This document shows positions 53,665-58,198 of a stretch of 58,198 nt of DNA, piece by piece; the stretch's first letter is position 1, and each line of letters starts with the position of its first letter. Origin of the DNA: Candidatus Faecousia intestinavium. Lineage in GTDB: Bacteria; Bacillota; Clostridia; Oscillospirales; Oscillospiraceae. The notes under the pieces are model-generated. The model made no database searches, was not told the DNA's origin, and saw only the letters and a program-made list of their open reading frames with translations. Location: the NCBI GenBank assembly GCA_018715835.1, contig DVKV01000094.1, positions 1 to 58,198 on the forward strand. Reading direction: 5' to 3'. Position numbers and translations under genes: made by a program.

Positions 53665-55962
53665 ATGGAGCAAAGACAGTATAAAACCGTGGGCAAATCC
53701 ATCCGCAAGAAGGATTCCATGCAGCTGCTGCTGGGAAAAGCGGTGTACACCGATGACGTCACCCCCAAGGATGCCCTGGTGGTGAAGATTCTCCGCAGCC
53801 CCCACGCCAACGCGATGGTCCGCAGCATCAACACTGCGGTTGCAAAAAAGGTCCCCGGAGTGGTGGATGTGTACACCTGGGAGGATGTGCCCCAGACCCG
53901 GTTCGCCATTGCCGGGCAGACCTATCCGGAACCTTCCCCCTATGACCGGCTGATCATTGACCGGCACGTCCGCTTTGTGGGAGACGTGGTGGCCATCATT
54001 GCCGCGGAAACGGAGAAGGCAGCGGAAAAGGCAAAGAAACTGATCAAAGTAGAATATGACATTCTGGAGCCGGTGCTGGATTTCCGCACCGCCAAGGACA
54101 ACAAAATTCTGGTTCACCCGGAGGGGGACTGGTTCCCCCCCTGTCAGGTGGGCGGCGACCCCAAGCGGAACCTGGTGGCCAGCGAGACCAACTTCCACGG
54201 AGACGTGGACGCCGTCATGGCAGACTGCGACATTGTCCTGGACCGGACCTACCACACCAAGGCCTTCAACCAGGCCATGATGGAGACCTTCCGCACCTAC
54301 ACCGACCTGGACCGATACGGGCGGCTGCACGTGATTTCCTCCACCCAGATTGTGTTCCACTGCCGCCGGATTCTGTCCCGGGCCCTGGGGATTCCCAAAA
54401 GCCGGATCCGGGTGGAAAAGCCCCGGATCGGCGGCGGCTTCGGTGCCAAGCAGACGGCGGTGTGTGAAGTCTACCCCGCCTTTGTTACCCTGAAAACCGG
54501 ACGGGCAGCTCAGCTGATCTACACCCGGGAGGAATCCCAGATTGCCGGTTCTCCCCGGCATGAAATGGAAATCCGGGTCCGGCTGGGCGCCAGCAAGGAC
54601 GGCAAAATCCGGGTGCTGGATCTGTACACTCTGTCCAACACCGGTGCCTATGGCGAACACGGCCCCACCACGGTGGGCTTGTCCGGACATAAATCCATCC
54701 CGCTGTACACCGGCGGCCTGGAAGCCTACCGCTTCAGCTATGACGTGGTCTATACCAACCTTCAGGCGGCGGGCGCCTACCGGGGCTACGGCGCCACCCA
54801 GGGTATCTTCGCCCTGGAAACCACCGTCAACGAGCTGGCGGAGCAGCTGGGCATGGACCCCACGGTGATCCGGGACATGAACATGGTGAAAGAGGGCATG
54901 GTCATGCCCGCCTACTATGGAGAAGTTGCCAACGCCTGCGCCCTGGACCGGTGCATGGAGCACTGCCGCCAGATGTTCGGCTGGGCGGAAAAGTACCCGG
55001 TGCGGGATATGGGCAACGGCAAAGTCCGTGCCGCCGGCGTGGCCATGGCCATGCAGGGCTCCTGCATTTCCCATGTGGACGTAGGCTCCGCCACGGTGAA
55101 GCTCAGCGACGACGGCACCTATAACCTGATCATCGGCGCAGCGGACATGGGCACCGGCTGTGACACCATTCTGGCCCAGATGGTGGCCGAGTGCATGGAC
55201 TGCGATGTGGACGATGTGGCGGTGTTCGGTGCGGATACCGACGTGTCCCCCTACGATTCCGGCTCCTATGCTTCCTCCACCACCTATATCACCGGCAAGG
55301 CCGTGGAAAAGGCCTGCACAGACCTGCGCAAGCAGATCTGCGCCGTGGCGGCGGAGATGATGAACTGCCAGCCGGAGGAAGTGGTGTTCGAGGGCAAGCA
55401 GGTCCGCCGGGTGAATACCCAGCAGACCGTCAGCCTGGAGGACATCTCCTACAAGTCCCAGGTCTTCAACAACCAGGCGGTTCAGGTCACTGCCACCCAC
55501 TCCTCCCCGGTCTCTCCCCCGCCGTACATGGTGGGCATGGTGGAGATTGAGCTGGACAAGGAGACTGGCCAGGTTACCATTCTGGACTACATGGCAGTGG
55601 TGGACTGCGGTATTCCCGTGAATCCGGCCCTGGCCCGGACCCAGACCGAGGGCGGCCTCGTCCAGGGCATCGGCCACACCCTGATGGAGAATGTGACCTA
55701 CGACCACAACGGCCGTCCCATGGAATCCTCCTTTATGCAGTACAAGCTGCCCACCCGACTGGATATGGGCAAGCTGAAGGTGGAGTTTGAGCACAGCTAC
55801 GAACCCACCGGCCCCTTCGGCGCCAAGTCCATCGGCGAAATTGTCATCAACACCCCGGCCCCGGCCATTGTTCACGCCATCTACCGGGCCACCGGCGTCT
55901 GGCACCGGGAAATCCCGGTCACCCCGGAAAAGATCGCCATGAGCCTGCCGGAAAACCAATAA
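53665..55962 (+). CDS. Xanthine dehydrogenase family molybdopterin-binding subunit
   Basis: RSPHA, GGGFGAK, AYRGYG, DMGTG, YASS and GAKSIGE (catalytic Glu) motifs. Confidence 0.92.
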   Translation: MEQRQYKTVGKSIRKKDSMQLLLGKAVYTDDVTPKDALVVKILRSPHANAMVRSINTAVAKKVPGVVDVYTWEDVPQTRFAIAGQTYPEPSPYDRLIIDRHVRFVGDVVAIIAAETEKAAEKAKKLIKVEYDILEPVLDFRTAKDNKILVHPEGDWFPPCQVGGDPKRNLVASETNFHGDVDAVMADCDIVLDRTYHTKAFNQAMMETFRTYTDLDRYGRLHVISSTQIVFHCRRILSRALGIPKSRIRVEKPRIGGGFGAKQTAVCEVYPAFVTLKTGRAAQLIYTREESQIAGSPRHEMEIRVRLGASKDGKIRVLDLYTLSNTGAYGEHGPTTVGLSGHKSIPLYTGGLEAYRFSYDVVYTNLQAAGAYRGYGATQGIFALETTVNELAEQLGMDPTVIRDMNMVKEGMVMPAYYGEVANACALDRCMEHCRQMFGWAEKYPVRDMGNGKVRAAGVAMAMQGSCISHVDVGSATVKLSDDGTYNLIIGAADMGTGCDTILAQMVAECMDCDVDDVAVFGADTDVSPYDSGSYASSTTYITGKAVEKACTDLRKQICAVAAEMMNCQPEEVVFEGKQVRRVNTQQTVSLEDISYKSQVFNNQAVQVTATHSSPVSPPPYMVGMVEIELDKETGQVTILDYMAVVDCGIPVNPALARTQTEGGLVQGIGHTLMENVTYDHNGRPMESSFMQYKLPTRLDMGKLKVEFEHSYEPTGPFGAKSIGEIVINTPAPAIVHAIYRATGVWHREIPVTPEKIAMSLPENQ

Positions 55963-55973
55963 CCCATAAACAG

Positions 55974-56010
55974 ATGCGGCGCACCGAACAAATCGGTGCG
56001 CCGCATTTTT
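55974..56010. terminator. Terminator between the convergent xdh and fbp genes
   Basis: ATGCGGCGCACCGA / TCGGTGCGCCGCAT plus T-run. Confidence 0.8.
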
Positions 56011-58001
56011 CAGTTCTTGTGATCCTCTGTCACCGCGCCGGAGCGGTAGGCCTCCAGCAGCATCATCAGGTCTTCCACCCGGGTCTGCAATTCCGCCCCT
56101 TCGTCGGTCTGGCTGATCCGCATCCGGGTCTCCAGATTTTCAAAAATCACGCTCTCATTTTCAATGTCGTCATTGTTGTGCAGGGCGTTGTACTTTCCGG
56201 CAAAGGGCTGATGGGACACAATCCGCAGCTGCCGGGAGTTGAAAATCAGGGTATAGCCCGCAATCCCCGAGGTGGGCTGGTAGGCCTTGCTGAAGCCGCC
56301 GTCAATGACGATCAGCTTGCCGCCGCCCTTCACCGGGCTCTCGCCCTTGCGGACCTTCACCGGCACATGGCCGTTGATGATGTGACAGTGCTTGCCAACC
56401 AATCCGAACTCCGCCAGCAGCATTTCGCACACCGCCGGGTCCTGGTAATAGGTGTAGTAGGCGTTTTTCGGCTCCGCCCAGGTCTTTTCGTCTTCGATAA
56501 ACCGGCGCTCGAAGGTGGTCATCCGGTCCCGGCCAAAGATGGGGCTGTTCCGTCCGGCCCACAGCCACCACAAGAAGTCCAGCCCGAACTGCCGCTCCGC
56601 GCTGCCCCGCTTGTCGTAGTAGGCCTTCCGGGCGGTTTTCTCCGCATAGTCCAGGAACTCCCGGCCGGAGCGCTCCTTGCCTCCAATGGTGAAGGAAAGC
56701 AGCTTTCCATCTTCTCCCATGGGGATGCAGCCATGGAACAGCAGATTGCCGTTGCTGATTTTGTACAGCCCGCCTTTGGAGTACAGGAACCGGGTGTGCT
56801 TCTGCAGCTTTTCGCTGTGGACGAAGGATTCCGTGAGCTGGGTAATCACATGACTTTCCTCGTCAGTCAGGGTATAGGGGTCCGCCGGATCCACCGTGGG
56901 GAAGTCGCAGTCGGTCATGGGGTACTCTACCCCATCCACCACAACGGTTTTCTTTTCGTAGTTGATTTTGTCCAGCAGCAGCCGGTCGGCCATGCCAAAC
57001 TCCGGACGGCGCAGGATTTTCTGTCCCTCCAGCTTGAACAGGATGATGGTGATGGCCTTGTACATCCGGGCAGAGAGCAGCTTGTCCTTCTCGGTGTACT
57101 GGTCGGCGTCGGTGCCGGTGAGCTTGACCTTGAATCGCTCGGTATTGCAGTCCCGGTAAACCTCGTTGGCAAAGATGCTCAGAGGCCGCAGGGAAATGCC
57201 GTAGCCGGTTTCGATCACATCCAGATTGTTGTAGCGGATGGAGTTGCTCAGCACCGTGGCAACCAATGTCCGGGAGCCGGAAGCGGCGCCCATCCACAAA
57301 ACATCGTGGTTGCCCCACTGGATGTCCACATTCTGGGCCTCAATCAGGGAATCCATGACAATGTCCGCCCGGGGGCCCCGGTCAAAAATATCGCCCACAA
57401 TGTGCAGCCGGTCCACCACCAGCCGCTTGATCAGCTGGCTGATGGCCTGGATCACATCGGCAGCCTGGCCGATCTGCACCGTGGTGTTGATGATGTTTTC
57501 GTACTGATCCTGCCGGAAGCCTCCCTCCCCCGCCAGATGTACCAGTTCGTCGATGATCTGCTCATAATCCGCCGGCATCAGGGAGCGGACCTTCTGCCGG
57601 GTGTATTTGGTAGACACATACCGGCACAGCTCCACCAGCCGGTGGATGGTCAGCCGATACCATTCGTCCAGATTGTCGCACTCATCGGCCACCAGGGCCA
57701 GTTTGGCAGCGGGATAATAAATCAGGGTCGCCAGGTCGTTGCGATCCTTCTGGGTCATGCAATTGGCAAACAATTCTTCCAGCTTTTCCTTGACTTCACC
57801 GGAGGCGGAGTTGAGGATGTGCAGAAACGCCTCATGCTCGCCATGAATGTCCGACATAAAATGTTCCGTCCCCTTGGGCAGGTTCAAAATGGCCTGCAGA
57901 CGGATGATCTCCGTACCCGCCTCCTGCACCGTGGGAAACTGCTTGGAAAGCAGGCGCAGATAATGCAGCTGCTCTGGGGTAAAGGTACGCTTTGCGTCCA
58001 T
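56010..58001 (-). CDS. fbp: Fructose-1,6-bisphosphatase class III (Firmicutes type)
   Basis: LPKGTEHFMSDIHGE, GDIFDRG, WGNHD, NGHVPV and IDGGFSKAYQ motifs. Confidence 0.95.
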   Translation of the reverse strand: MDAKRTFTPEQLHYLRLLSKQFPTVQEAGTEIIRLQAILNLPKGTEHFMSDIHGEHEAFLHILNSASGEVKEKLEELFANCMTQKDRNDLATLIYYPAAKLALVADECDNLDEWYRLTIHRLVELCRYVSTKYTRQKVRSLMPADYEQIIDELVHLAGEGGFRQDQYENIINTTVQIGQAADVIQAISQLIKRLVVDRLHIVGDIFDRGPRADIVMDSLIEAQNVDIQWGNHDVLWMGAASGSRTLVATVLSNSIRYNNLDVIETGYGISLRPLSIFANEVYRDCNTERFKVKLTGTDADQYTEKDKLLSARMYKAITIILFKLEGQKILRRPEFGMADRLLLDKINYEKKTVVVDGVEYPMTDCDFPTVDPADPYTLTDEESHVITQLTESFVHSEKLQKHTRFLYSKGGLYKISNGNLLFHGCIPMGEDGKLLSFTIGGKERSGREFLDYAEKTARKAYYDKRGSAERQFGLDFLWWLWAGRNSPIFGRDRMTTFERRFIEDEKTWAEPKNAYYTYYQDPAVCEMLLAEFGLVGKHCHIINGHVPVKVRKGESPVKGGGKLIVIDGGFSKAYQPTSGIAGYTLIFNSRQLRIVSHQPFAGKYNALHNNDDIENESVIFENLETRMRISQTDEGAELQTRVEDLMMLLEAYRSGAVTEDHKN

Positions 58002-58127
58002 AATCTCATCCTTTCTTTCCTTTGCTTCTCCTCTATGGGATGTATTATAGCGAAAGACTTCCCCAACAACAAGAGTCTGACTGTAAAAAACCGGAAAAAT
58101 CCCGGCTCCGATTCCGGAGCCGGGACT

Positions 58128-58198
58128 CAGACTGTCGAAAAACCCCTTCGGGGCTTTCCGACAGGTTTTTGCAGTGTGCCGCGCGCATAATTTGTCCC
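58128..58198 (+). mobile_element. MITE copy 3 (cut by the window end)
   Basis: CAGACTGTCGAAAAACCCC...TTTTTGCAG...GCGCGCATAATTTGTCCC matches the start of copy 1; preceded by a hairpin at 58100-58125. Confidence 0.8.

Noticed and set aside
53635-58190. Very long antisense ORFs (e.g. 53635-55959, 55974-58190, 22053-24110, 5282-7174, 27910-29802)
   Set aside because: Shadows of real genes on the opposite strand, expected with GC-rich codon bias; no recognisable motifs.

Overview
GC-rich chromosomal window from a spore-forming clostridial gut bacterium (gene content and order suggest Oscillospiraceae; inference). Most of it is housekeeping: spoVAC, ackA, tmcAL, cdaR-ftsEX-two M23 hydrolases-S41 protease, FMN riboswitch-ribU, queH, mtaB, lspA, rluD-like, tRNA-Gly/Arg/His, pgi, glucokinase and class III fbp. 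A selenium-dependent molybdenum hydroxylase purine-catabolism system is split in two: guaD-yqeB-yqeC-selD-yedF-DUF3343-cysteine desulfurase at ~24.9-31.0 kb and mocA-modE-xdh at ~51.3-56.0 kb. The most striking feature is a compact ~6.5 kb, nine-gene, terminator-bounded phage head/DNA-packaging operon (32397-38861, minus strand). It has TerS lacking an HTH, intact TerL, portal, protease-scaffold, major capsid, neck proteins and two vestigial tail-type genes, but no integrase, replication, lysis or full tail genes. It is a candidate domesticated gene-transfer-agent-like or tailless-capsid system. Other features are three copies of a ~200-245 bp hairpin-targeting MITE (one with a duplicated 30-bp terminator) and an internally deleted ABC transporter whose junction holds an inverted patch of a guaD homologue. 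Candidate ModE, WalR, ArsR and sigmaE sites are also present. All calls come from reading motifs by eye; no database searches were run.
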